From IMG/VR virus record IMGVR_UViG_3300020048_000003: DNA of 64,000 nucleotides; one strand, given 5' to 3'. The translations under genes and the position numbers were made by a program. Within the stretch, counting starts at the first letter, position 1, and every line of letters begins with the position of its first letter. The notes under the pieces were generated by a model, which was not told the origin of the DNA, searched no databases, and was given only the letters and a program-made list of their open reading frames with translations. This document shows, piece by piece, positions 48,524-57,618 of this stretch. The DNA is from a virus.

Positions 48524-48552
48524 AAAAAAGCCTTGTTTAACAAGGCTTTTTT
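48524..48552. terminator. Bidirectional intrinsic terminator
   Basis: aaaaaagccttgtttaacaaggcttttttttatt. Confidence 0.7.
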
Positions 48553-48576
48553 TTATTGATAGAATTCCAGTTTTAT

Positions 48577-49062
48577 TTATTTATTCTTTTTTTCACTTTT
48601 TTCATTAAATCTTGAATTGATTAATTCAGTTAATGCTTTAAATTGTTTATCAAATCTAGAATCAATACTACGTTCTATATTTGCAATATGTGTAGTAGTT
48701 TGCTCACTATTTTTATCAATTTTATCATAAAGTGAACTTATTGAATTACGATGTAATTCATCTACTTCTGTTCCTATTCTATTATAAACACGCTCAAATT
48801 CTGTTGCAGTTTCAGTTTTGTGTTTATCAATATACTCAATTGTTTTATATCTAGTATCATCAATATTTTGATATATTTCATCTGCCTTTTTATAAAGTGC
48901 GATGTCGGTTTCCTCAATTTTCTTTTCTAAATTACTAAAATTTAGAATAGATTCTCTTTTAAATTTTATTGATTTCCAAGACACCACACTTAACCATACC
49001 AAAAGTACAACTAAACCAGCACCTAACAAAGTCAACAAAATTGTCAACAAAATTATATTCAT
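48577..49062 (-). CDS. N-terminally membrane-anchored coiled-coil protein
   Basis: TM helix followed by a helical Glu/Lys-rich region. Confidence 0.5.
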   Translation of the reverse strand: MNIILLTILLTLLGAGLVVLLVWLSVVSWKSIKFKRESILNFSNLEKKIEETDIALYKKADEIYQNIDDTRYKTIEYIDKHKTETATEFERVYNRIGTEVDELHRNSISSLYDKIDKNSEQTTTHIANIERSIDSRFDKQFKALTELINSRFNEKSEKKNK

Positions 49063-49186
49063 CTTTTATTAATTATTTTTTTATGTTTTCACATAGGAAT
49101 TCTATCTAATTCTAATATAATAAATTAATTGATTAAAGTTTATAAAATCAGTTTGATAATTAAATATATAGATAAAATAAATTTTT

Positions 49187-49534
49187 TTGATGAAAATAAA
49201 AAAGTTCAATCAAATTAACGAAGCATCTGAGGATGATGTTGATAAACATATAATTATAACGGTTAGTATGAAAGACGAATTCCAATGTACTTTAGCTGAT
49301 ATCAAAGAAACAACAGCTTATTGGAATCATTTAAAATATATACAAGATAAAAATTTTAATGAAACTGATGAAGAGATAGAAAGACAAGCTGTTTATTATG
49401 GATTAGAGGAATATTGTTATAATCAAGGTAAGGGTGGATTTTCTTATAATTTTGTAGATAATGCTGGCAATAAAATTGAAAATTTAGATACATATAGAGA
49501 ATTTATAAAAGATACAAAAAAATATAATATATGA
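49187..49534 (+). CDS. Fam-A protein (..KIKKFNQINE...TKKYNI)
   Basis: C-terminal motif; starts an 11-gene array. Confidence 0.65.
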   Translation: MMKIKKFNQINEASEDDVDKHIIITVSMKDEFQCTLADIKETTAYWNHLKYIQDKNFNETDEEIERQAVYYGLEEYCYNQGKGGFSYNFVDNAGNKIENLDTYREFIKDTKKYNI

Positions 49535-49818
49535 AAATTAGAAAATTTTTTGAGCAATATGAGTTAGATGTTGATGGTGATGGTGGTATAGCAGAAGAAT
49601 ATGTCAAATTAATAATATCAACATATATTGATAAACAACATTTGGAGCATGTTACTTTAGAAAAAGTGTATAGAGATGTTGTAAAAGGTGACGACTTAGA
49701 TGAATCTCAATGTGAAATAATAAGAGATGAATTAAAAATATACATTACATTTCTATTAAGATATGCTAAACAAATTAGAAAAATATTTGAAATAGACGCT
49801 GAGGATTATAACTTATGA
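49531..49818 (+). CDS. Fam-A-like protein (MKIRKFFEQYE...AEDYNL)
   Basis: Termini. Confidence 0.65.
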   Translation: MKIRKFFEQYELDVDGDGGIAEEYVKLIISTYIDKQHLEHVTLEKVYRDVVKGDDLDESQCEIIRDELKIYITFLLRYAKQIRKIFEIDAEDYNL

Positions 49819-50150
49819 AACATTTAAAATTATTTGAAAAAAAAGGAAAATTTGAAGTAGAAATTAAAGAATCACTAAAAAAGTTTTGTGGTGAATTTGG
49901 TTTTTTTGATTATGAATATAACTATTATACTTATACGAAGGTGACAAACATTTCATTTAGAATTACAGGTAAAATAAATCAAGAAAATGAAAAAAAATTT
50001 AATGAGGTACTTAATTTTATTAAAAATTATCATAATTGGGAAATAACACCATATATGAATACATTTCGTGTATTTTTTTGTCCGACAGATCCAGAACAGT
50101 TTTTAAATGATTTAGAAACTATTATATCAGCAAAAATTTATAATTTATGA
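49815..50150 (+). CDS. Fam-A protein (MKHLKLFE...AKIYNL)
   Basis: Termini. Confidence 0.7.
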   Translation: MKHLKLFEKKGKFEVEIKESLKKFCGEFGFFDYEYNYYTYTKVTNISFRITGKINQENEKKFNEVLNFIKNYHNWEITPYMNTFRVFFCPTDPEQFLNDLETIISAKIYNL

Positions 50151-50476
50151 GATATATTAAAACATTTGAGAAAAAATATGTAGAACCTTTTAGAAGAAAT
50201 AGAAAAAAAAATGGTCCGAAACCAAAATTTAATGTTGGTGATGAGGTTATTGTTATGTATGATTTAACACAATTTGGTTACCCATATGGGATCGTAAAAG
50301 GTGATATCGTTACAATAGTTGATTATTGGATAAATGCAAATGATGATATATCATATAAAATAGATAGTCCTAAACTTCGTGAGATAAAAAAAGGTAGAGA
50401 CATAGAATATGATATGTTTGATGAATTTCATTTCGCGTATGAATATGAAGAAGATGCAAATAAATATAATTTATGA
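50147..50476 (+). CDS. Fam-A protein (MRYIKTFE...ANKYNL), VGDEVIVMYD barrel
   Basis: Termini. Confidence 0.75.
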   Translation: MRYIKTFEKKYVEPFRRNRKKNGPKPKFNVGDEVIVMYDLTQFGYPYGIVKGDIVTIVDYWINANDDISYKIDSPKLREIKKGRDIEYDMFDEFHFAYEYEEDANKYNL

Positions 50477-50796
50477 AATATATTAAAACATTTGAAAAAA
50501 GATATAAACAAGAGGAGGATTTTGAAATTCCAGATGGAACTAAATTGTTGTGTGTTAGAAGTGATTACCATATGTTTAAGGTTGGTGATATTGTAGAAAT
50601 GAATTATTATAAAGCATATGGTGGTGTTGGATATTATTCTGGTATATCAAAAAATAATACAACTTATAGTGCTACGGTTATTGATGCAAATACAGTTCTA
50701 TTGGATAAATATCAAAGTACAGATGCGACTTTCACAACAGATGCTACAATAGAAGATTATAAATTAAGAAAAGCAACGGAGAAATATAATTTATGA
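50473..50796 (+). CDS. Fam-A protein (MKYIKTFE...TEKYNL), VGDIVEMNY barrel
   Basis: Termini. Confidence 0.75.
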   Translation: MKYIKTFEKRYKQEEDFEIPDGTKLLCVRSDYHMFKVGDIVEMNYYKAYGGVGYYSGISKNNTTYSATVIDANTVLLDKYQSTDATFTTDATIEDYKLRKATEKYNL

Positions 50797-51233
50797 AATA
50801 TATTAAAATGTATGAAATAAAGAGTTTAGAAAAAAGAACTGACATTTTTGCTGATGCTGTCAAAAATGATAAGAAAGCTTTGATTAATAAGATGATTGAT
50901 AATGATATTAATCAAAATGAAGGAGAATTTATATTAATAGCAGTGATTTATAATGATGAGAAGATTTTGAAAAAATTAATAAAAAAAGGCGTTGACTTAA
51001 ATGCATTAACTCAAGCAGGATATTCGCCATTAATTTTTACTGCTATTCAAGGTTTTCATAGTTGTATGAATACACTTATAGAAGCAGGTGCAGATTGGAA
51101 TATTATAGATGATAGTGGACATGATTTTTTAAGATATTTACCATCTTATTTAAGAAATAAAACAATAGAAAAATATCCAGAGCAATATAAAGAATATTTA
51201 TTTAGAAAAGAATCAGAAAAATATAACTTATGA
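50793..51233 (+). CDS. Fam-A protein with ankyrin repeats (MKYIKMYE...SEKYNL)
   Basis: KKGVDLNALTQAGYSPLIFTAIQGFHSCMNTLIEAGADWNIIDDSGHDFL is an ANK repeat pattern. Confidence 0.75.
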   Translation: MKYIKMYEIKSLEKRTDIFADAVKNDKKALINKMIDNDINQNEGEFILIAVIYNDEKILKKLIKKGVDLNALTQAGYSPLIFTAIQGFHSCMNTLIEAGADWNIIDDSGHDFLRYLPSYLRNKTIEKYPEQYKEYLFRKESEKYNL

Positions 51234-51562
51234 AATATATTAAAACATATGAAACTATAAATATTCCTTCATCACGACCGAGTGATGCGTGGCTTAATGT
51301 ATATACTGATTATAGAGTAGGTGACATTGTAAAAATTTGGAACGAATTTTATGCTGGTGAGATAGTTTATTTGTGCCGTTCATATGGCGGAAGATATACT
51401 AGTCATGATGTTAAAGGTATTATGAATTATGATGGTTCATTAAGAAATGGTGATATAAAGACGATAGATGAAGAATATATGAGAAAATTAGATCCTAATG
51501 AGTTGAAAGGATTTAAAGATTTGTTAAGTATGCACGATGATGTAAAAAAATATAATTTATGA
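51230..51562 (+). CDS. Fam-A protein (MKYIKTYE...VKKYNL), VGDIVKIWN barrel
   Basis: Termini. Confidence 0.75.
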   Translation: MKYIKTYETINIPSSRPSDAWLNVYTDYRVGDIVKIWNEFYAGEIVYLCRSYGGRYTSHDVKGIMNYDGSLRNGDIKTIDEEYMRKLDPNELKGFKDLLSMHDDVKKYNL

Positions 51563-51819
51563 AATATATTAAAATATATGAAATGAAAAAACAAAAACCA
51601 AAATTTTCTGTTGGTGAGAAGGTGGAATGTATTTTCTCTAGATGGGGAAATCTAAAGGAGGGTGAAATATATGAAATTGAAAGAATTACTTGGTCTAGAA
51701 GAAAAGGTAAATTTGTGTGTAAATTAAAAGGTGTTGGTGCAGATGATGAGTATTCTTATTTTTCAGAGAATAATTTTATTAGTGAACTTGAACATGATAT
51801 GAAAAATTATAACTTATGA
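51559..51819 (+). CDS. Fam-A protein (MKYIKIYE...MKNYNL)
   Basis: Termini. Confidence 0.75.
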   Translation: MKYIKIYEMKKQKPKFSVGEKVECIFSRWGNLKEGEIYEIERITWSRRKGKFVCKLKGVGADDEYSYFSENNFISELEHDMKNYNL

Positions 51820-52250
51820 AATATATTAAAACATTTGATAATACTAGTCAGAAATTAGAAGATATTAAAAAACTTCAATTGTCTAAACTTGCTATTTTTA
51901 AATTTTCAAAAAAAATAAACGAATTATTTCAAAAACATTATAATGTATCAACAATATTAAGAGAAGAAGATTCAAATCACCACCAAATAAAAAATAGATA
52001 TGATATATCTGATAGTGTTTTAAAAAGAAAAACATATTTTTCAATTTCAATTACACCTAATTATAAAATAGATATTTTTCCTCTTAGTGTAAGCAACGAT
52101 TTAGAAAAATTTTTTATAGAATTTTTTGATTTGGATTCACAAAATTATAGTATAAGAATATTCTGCACTTCAGAAGAATTGAATGATTATTGCGATATAA
52201 TTGTTGATGAATTTGATTTGTATGTTGCCACAAAAAAATATAACTTATGA
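51816..52250 (+). CDS. Fam-A protein (MKYIKTFD...TKKYNL)
   Basis: Termini. Confidence 0.75.
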   Translation: MKYIKTFDNTSQKLEDIKKLQLSKLAIFKFSKKINELFQKHYNVSTILREEDSNHHQIKNRYDISDSVLKRKTYFSISITPNYKIDIFPLSVSNDLEKFFIEFFDLDSQNYSIRIFCTSEELNDYCDIIVDEFDLYVATKKYNL

Positions 52251-52687
52251 AATATTTACATTTATTTGAAAATCAAAATGAATCATACCCTTATGAATGG
52301 GAAAATATTGTTCAAAAAGGTAACAAATTATATATTTATGTCTATGAATTAGCAAACGAAATGGAAAGTGATGTTGCTGGAAAAGGTAAAGAAGAATTAG
52401 TTAAAATGGAACATACTTATTATAAGTTAATTAGAAATTTATTAATTGGTAAAGTTATAACCTTTGACTGTGAAGAATGTTCAATTGAACATACTGGTAT
52501 TTGTGATACCGTAGGTTTTTCTTCTGGACGTTATGAAGAAGGATCCGATGATACATTTCAAGTTCAGTTTGTACATATATCAACAGAAGATATAGATGAC
52601 CAGCATAATATTGAAGATGAAGAAATAATTGTTCACTTAGACATTGATCCTGAAACTTATAGAACAGCAAATAAATACAATTTATAA
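52247..52687 (+). CDS. Fam-A protein (MKYLHLFE...ANKYNL)
   Basis: Termini. Confidence 0.75.
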   Translation: MKYLHLFENQNESYPYEWENIVQKGNKLYIYVYELANEMESDVAGKGKEELVKMEHTYYKLIRNLLIGKVITFDCEECSIEHTGICDTVGFSSGRYEEGSDDTFQVQFVHISTEDIDDQHNIEDEEIIVHLDIDPETYRTANKYNL

Positions 52688-52695
52688 TATAATTT

Positions 52696-53010
52696 ATGAA
52701 ATATATACTGGAAATGAAACATATGAAATCTGCAATTTATTATAGTGATGGATCCGCTTATTATGAGGACTATAATGACATGGATGAATTTGATTTAGAG
52801 ATAGTTAAAAATTATAAATTTAGAATAGGTGATTGTGTTAGAATAAACGACACTATTGTTGTATATAAAATATTAGCAGTTTCTCCTGACTCAAAGTATC
52901 AATATAAAATTGGAAGATACGATCAAGGATTTGGTACAAATAGAATAGAAGAAAAAGATTTAGTTCCAATATCAGACTTTGAAAGAAATATAATGAAGTA
53001 TAATTTGTAA
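52696..53010 (+). CDS. Fam-A protein (MKYILEMKHMK...IMKYNL), IGDCVRIND barrel
   Basis: Termini. Confidence 0.7.
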   Translation: MKYILEMKHMKSAIYYSDGSAYYEDYNDMDEFDLEIVKNYKFRIGDCVRINDTIVVYKILAVSPDSKYQYKIGRYDQGFGTNRIEEKDLVPISDFERNIMKYNL

Positions 53011-53063
53011 TTTATTTTTAAATATATAGATAAGATCTATACTTTTAAAAACTAATTATACTT

Positions 53064-53294
53064 ATGAACACAGAAATTCTAAAATCGGAAGAAATTACTA
53101 AAGAAATGGCAATTAATGAACTATCTTTTGCATCTATTTTAACGGAAGCAGAAGTAAATGAATATCTTGACATATTAAGTGCAATAAATAATGGTGAATC
53201 TGTTTTTAATCTTACCACAAATAAGGGAGAATATCTATTGTTTGTTAAAGGAGAGGCAATTAAAGACACTAAGCCAAAGTATAAAAAAGAATAA
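53064..53294 (+). CDS. Hypothetical small acidic protein
   Basis: Normal amino-acid composition; the antisense ORF 53045..53269 is low-complexity Ser/Phe-rich. Confidence 0.45.
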   Translation: MNTEILKSEEITKEMAINELSFASILTEAEVNEYLDILSAINNGESVFNLTTNKGEYLLFVKGEAIKDTKPKYKKE

Positions 53295-53296
53295 AA

Positions 53297-53608
53297 TTAT
53301 AAATTATATTTATCTGCAATATCTTCCATTTCAATTTTGAATCTTGTTGATTCCCAGCCCTTTGAAATTTCACCCGTTTCAATATTTTCAACATCAACTC
53401 TTAAAAAATCATTTTTAAGAAAAATATCTTCTCCTAATCTGTATATTTTTATGACTTTAAATTTATCTCCGATTTCTAATACATGCTTCACACTACCTTT
53501 TATAGTTGACATATATCCAGTATCTCTTACACAGACTACAGTATCACCAACACCATAATCAATAAGTTGACCTGTTGTATATAATTCAAATAATTTTAAA
53601 TATTTCAT
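53297..53608 (-). CDS. Fam-A protein on the minus strand (MKYLKLFE...ADKYNL), VGDTVVCVRD barrel
   Basis: Termini; first gene of a 6-gene inverted array. Confidence 0.75.
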   Translation of the reverse strand: MKYLKLFELYTTGQLIDYGVGDTVVCVRDTGYMSTIKGSVKHVLEIGDKFKVIKIYRLGEDIFLKNDFLRVDVENIETGEISKGWESTRFKIEMEDIADKYNL

Positions 53609-53611
53609 ATT

Positions 53612-53971
53612 TTATAAGTTATATTTTTGTCCTTCTATTGCAATATCTATTTCATCTTTGTTGGCAAACCTTATATAAGCATCAAACCCATTTGGTGTTT
53701 TACCACATTGAAGAATCCAATAATTATCTAGTACCCAACCAATTTTATTTAATTTTAAAAAACTCTTTTTAAGTTTAATAATTCCTTTTAATACTTCATC
53801 AAAAGTTCCTCTTGTGTTATGTGTCTCATTTTTTATACCATTTACTGTATATGTATATCTACTTAAATAATCTCTTTCACCTGGTGCGAATAAATCATCA
53901 GAATCATATTCTTGAATTTGAAGTCCGTGTTTAATCCATTCAACTTCTTCAAATAATTTTAAATATTTCAT
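53612..53971 (-). CDS. Fam-A protein (MKYLKLFE...GQKYNL)
   Basis: Termini. Confidence 0.75.
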   Translation of the reverse strand: MKYLKLFEEVEWIKHGLQIQEYDSDDLFAPGERDYLSRYTYTVNGIKNETHNTRGTFDEVLKGIIKLKKSFLKLNKIGWVLDNYWILQCGKTPNGFDAYIRFANKDEIDIAIEGQKYNL

Positions 53972-54321
53972 AAGTTATATTTATTTGTTTCTTCAAGAAA
54001 TTTGAATTTTTCAATTTCTTCTTCTGTTGCTGGTCTTAATATTTTTACATCTGACTTTACCTTTATAATTTCTCTCATACCATCTAAATCAAATATTTGC
54101 TCTATAAAACTTATCTTTGTATGTCCTTTTGCTTCTAATAATAATATTTTATAATAAAAACCATCAGCACCGTAATATTTACCAGTTGTAAATTTTTCTA
54201 ATTTCATTATACAATCAAGCATATCATTCTTATATCTCCAATATGTATTGTTTATAAAATCAGATAAAGATATTTCATCTGGCGTTTCTAAAACTATTTC
54301 AAATGTTTTAATATACTTCAT
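53968..54321 (-). CDS. Fam-A protein (MKYIKTFE...TNKYNL)
   Basis: Termini. Confidence 0.75.
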   Translation of the reverse strand: MKYIKTFEIVLETPDEISLSDFINNTYWRYKNDMLDCIMKLEKFTTGKYYGADGFYYKILLLEAKGHTKISFIEQIFDLDGMREIIKVKSDVKILRPATEEEIEKFKFLEETNKYNL

Positions 54322-54659
54322 AAGTTATATCTTTTTGCATCTTGTTTAAATTTGAATTCTTCAATTCTATCTTTAAATTTTTCAATTTCAGCAGGATAAG
54401 CATGTCTTATCCAACTATTTATTTTCCATGGGTCTGCATCATCAACAACAAAACTATATTGCCAACCTTTTAAATATGTCAAAGTATATTTTTTATTATA
54501 TTTTGTATGTTGCTTAATGCTAGTTATTTGTGCTGGTTCATATAGGACTAAATTTTTTAAATGTGTACCAACATTCACATCATCTAAATAAACCCAATCC
54601 CCAACATTGAATTGAGTTGAATTTTCAAAATTTTCAAATATTTTAAAATTAGTTATCAT
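54318..54659 (-). CDS. Fam-A protein (MITNFKIFE...AKRYNL), VGDWVYLDD barrel
   Basis: Termini. Confidence 0.7.
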   Translation of the reverse strand: MITNFKIFENFENSTQFNVGDWVYLDDVNVGTHLKNLVLYEPAQITSIKQHTKYNKKYTLTYLKGWQYSFVVDDADPWKINSWIRHAYPAEIEKFKDRIEEFKFKQDAKRYNL

Positions 54660-54976
54660 AAATTGTATTTATTTGCATGTGTAAATACCTCTATATCTTC
54701 TTTTTCTGATGAATATTTTAATATTTCATCACTATTAAACCAAGTTGGATTTGCAAAAGTATAGCTTCTATCAACACAATCCTCATCAAATTCTACTAAT
54801 ATTCTAAATTGTAATGGGATTTTATTAGTTATTTTAATATCAAGTACTTTTCCTATACTAACACTTAGATAACTATTATATAAAGGATCAAAATAATCCT
54901 CAGCATCAATCAATACATAATCACCAATCTCTAATTGTTTATCTACTTCCGCTTCAAATAATTTAATATATTTCAT
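54656..54976 (-). CDS. Fam-A protein (MKYIKLFE...ANKYNL), IGDYVLID barrel
   Basis: Termini. Confidence 0.75.
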   Translation of the reverse strand: MKYIKLFEAEVDKQLEIGDYVLIDAEDYFDPLYNSYLSVSIGKVLDIKITNKIPLQFRILVEFDEDCVDRSYTFANPTWFNSDEILKYSSEKEDIEVFTHANKYNL

Positions 54977-55437
54977 ATATTATATTTTTTTGCATCTTTT
55001 TTGATTTGAAAATTTTCAATATCTGATTTAATTTCTTCTTTTACTTTTTTTACTTTTTTAATAAATTTTTTTGTCTTGAAATCATAATTCTCATTCTCAT
55101 TAAATTCTATATTTTCAACCTGTTCAACAAATTTAGTAAAATCATCTGTTACAAATATAATATTACATTCGTGAACAAATAGAGTCAAAGGTTCTAAATC
55201 AGGTTCGTGTTCATTATTATGTGCTAATTCCTTTAATTCTTTTTCATTTAGATCTGATAATAGTTTTATCAAAAATACTTTTCTATCATCATAAATGTAA
55301 TCTGTATAATTTTGAACTACAATACCATACAAATGAAACCAAAAAACATTATCTTTACCGGTATTATCGCCTAAGATAACATATTGACCTTCTTTTATAT
55401 TGTATAGTTCAAATTCAAATAATTTTAAATATTTCAT
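54973..55437 (-). CDS. Fam-A protein (MKYLKLFE...AKKYNI)
   Basis: Termini. Confidence 0.75.
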   Translation of the reverse strand: MKYLKLFEFELYNIKEGQYVILGDNTGKDNVFWFHLYGIVVQNYTDYIYDDRKVFLIKLLSDLNEKELKELAHNNEHEPDLEPLTLFVHECNIIFVTDDFTKFVEQVENIEFNENENYDFKTKKFIKKVKKVKEEIKSDIENFQIKKDAKKYNI

Positions 55438-55482
55438 ATAACAATTATATATAAAAATAATTTTTAAATTTATATATAGTGT

Positions 55483-56379
55483 ATGATAATAAGATTTAAT
55501 AAGTATGAATTAGTTGAAGAAAAATTAAACATAAATTTCGGCAATTTAATAAATTGTGTGCTTATTTATTTTGCATTTTTTAATGGATTGGATGATACAA
55601 AGCAGATTAAAATATCGGAGGTTATTAAATATACCAAAAATTTTGATATTAAAAACAATGATAAAATAGTTAAAGACGCTCTTAACGATATGAAAGATAA
55701 AGTGTTAAGTGATGATAAAATTCTTAATAAGAAAGAAGTTGTTGCGTATTTGGATTCTATTGCAATAGTTAGAAAAAAAGATGATAAAATCTCAAAAGCT
55801 ATGTATGGACTTTCTACCTCAAATGGTACAAAAGCATCATCTTTTGCAATATCATTAGATAAAAGTGATTTTGGATATAATTGTGATATGATTTTCTTAG
55901 ATGATGATGCAGATTATAATGAAATTATACATGAATTAACTCATGTTATAAAAAATCACATGAAATTAAATACAAGTTTAGATTTTGAAAAATTATTTAA
56001 TTTTAATAAATCAGTTAGACAGCAAAAAAAAGATATAAAGGTTTTAACAGGTGGACTTTTTGAGTATTCAATAGATACAAAGAAAGAATCTGAATTTATA
56101 GAATATATACAGACACCATCAGAATTATATTCAAGACTAACAAGTTTCAAAATGTTTTTATATAAAAGAGGATATTTGAAAACTCCAAATGAAGACTTCT
56201 CACCACAGTTAATTAGAAGAATAACTAATGGTAGTTTGTATGCAGGTATGTCAGCAAGAGATAGACATTTATTTATAAATTCTGATTTCCTTGATATTTT
56301 ATTGTTTATTGACAGAACAAAAATTCATATGTTGGATCAATTTGTTCAAAATATTTCTAAAAATAATGATTTAGCATGA
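55483..56379 (+). CDS. Hypothetical protein with an HExxH motif (possible Zn-metallopeptidase)
   Basis: IIHELTHVI; no other diagnostic motifs seen. Confidence 0.4.
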   Translation: MIIRFNKYELVEEKLNINFGNLINCVLIYFAFFNGLDDTKQIKISEVIKYTKNFDIKNNDKIVKDALNDMKDKVLSDDKILNKKEVVAYLDSIAIVRKKDDKISKAMYGLSTSNGTKASSFAISLDKSDFGYNCDMIFLDDDADYNEIIHELTHVIKNHMKLNTSLDFEKLFNFNKSVRQQKKDIKVLTGGLFEYSIDTKKESEFIEYIQTPSELYSRLTSFKMFLYKRGYLKTPNEDFSPQLIRRITNGSLYAGMSARDRHLFINSDFLDILLFIDRTKIHMLDQFVQNISKNNDLA

Positions 56380-56843
56380 AGTACTTAAAATTATTTGAAG
56401 ACTATTCAAAAGAAGAAATACGAAATTTTCTGATAAAAGCACAACAAAATTCTCAAATTGATATTAAAACTAATATTGATAATTTAATGGACAATTTATC
56501 AAAAATAAAAAGACCAGAACTTGGAACTTTTGAATATTTCGTAAATAGCGAAGCTAGATTTATATCTGAAGGTGATTATAAACGAATGGGAGAATATATA
56601 GAAGGTTTTAAAAAATTAGGTATAGATGTATCAAAAGTTGAAAAACTCTATCCAAAATTGCTTAGATATAAGACAATTCAATTAAAAGAACTTGATAATT
56701 ACGAACATGGATATTCTCAAAAAGAGAAAGAAAAGAATTTAGATAGATTATATGATGAATTGAATGATTTAGAACCATATAAAGTTCAATTTGACGATGA
56801 AGTAAAAATATTAACAAAAAAAGCAAAACAACTTGATAACTAA
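56376..56843 (+). CDS. Fam-A N-terminal type protein (MKYLKLFEDY...) lacking the KYNL end
   Basis: Ends ..KQLDN* within a degenerate junction. Confidence 0.6.
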   Translation: MKYLKLFEDYSKEEIRNFLIKAQQNSQIDIKTNIDNLMDNLSKIKRPELGTFEYFVNSEARFISEGDYKRMGEYIEGFKKLGIDVSKVEKLYPKLLRYKTIQLKELDNYEHGYSQKEKEKNLDRLYDELNDLEPYKVQFDDEVKILTKKAKQLDN

Positions 56844-57309
56844 ATTATTTGAATTTGTGAGTGGATATATCATATCTTATGAAGATATTAAGAAAAAATT
56901 ATCTAATTATAAGAGTATTACATTTACAGAAGATAAAATTGAATTTATTTTTGATGAACTTTCTAAAGAAACAAATGGTGAATGCTATTATCAATGGAAT
57001 TTAGATAAAATGGTGAACCTCTTTGAGAATTATATAATTAGTTTTTATAAATATAATAGTGATACTGAATATTGGAAAACAGAACCAAAGAAAGAGGATT
57101 TTATCATAACTGATCAAATTATGACAATGACATATAAAAAACTTTTTAGAAAATCTCCCATAAAGTTAGGAACAGGAACTGTTAATATTGAATATTATGA
57201 TAAAAATAGTTATAAAGCATTTAATGTTATAATAGATAAGACTAAACCATTTACAGTTTATATTGACGAAACTACTTTTATAAGAGATGCTGATAAATAT
57301 AATTTATAA
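56833..57309 (+). CDS. Fam-A C-terminal type protein (..ITKLFEF...ADKYNL) with no ATG (TTG start or frameshifted junction)
   Basis: The junction is 'ttgataactaaattatttgaa' instead of 'ttatgaaatatataaaattatttgaa'. The ORF starts at a TTG and overlaps the upstream gene by 11 nt in the +1 frame. Confidence 0.5.
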   Translation: MITKLFEFVSGYIISYEDIKKKLSNYKSITFTEDKIEFIFDELSKETNGECYYQWNLDKMVNLFENYIISFYKYNSDTEYWKTEPKKEDFIITDQIMTMTYKKLFRKSPIKLGTGTVNIEYYDKNSYKAFNVIIDKTKPFTVYIDETTFIRDADKYNL

Positions 57310-57403
57310 TGCCGGATATTGCCGGATATTGCCGGATAAAATCATATTGTTTTGATAATCAAACACTTAATTTTTAGAAAATTGCCGTTAATTGCCGGTT
57401 TCA
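57309..57403. repeat. GC-island tandem repeats: (A)TTGCCGGATA x3, then ATTGCCGTTAATTGCCGGTTTC
   Basis: Five copies of a TTGCCGK core within about 95 bp, in an otherwise AT-rich convergent intergenic region. Confidence 0.7.
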
Positions 57404-57618
57404 TTTTCATCATGTTTTTGCTCAGTAATTTTATGAACGAGTGTCAATATACCCTCAATAGCATGTTCTCTTCTTGATTGACTTAGAGTTTCTTCCATTT
57501 CTAATACTCTATTTATGAGAAACGCAATTTGAACAATGTTTCCTGTTTCAATTAAACTTGAACCAACAAAAATTTCAAGTAGGTTTGTTATTTCTTCCAT
57601 TCTATTACTGACTTTCAT
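57388..57618 (-). CDS. Hypothetical small protein
   Basis: 76-aa ORF; its 3' end overlaps the TTGCCGG repeats. Confidence 0.45.
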   Translation of the reverse strand: MKVSNRMEEITNLLEIFVGSSLIETGNIVQIAFLINRVLEMEETLSQSRREHAIEGILTLVHKITEQKHDENETGN

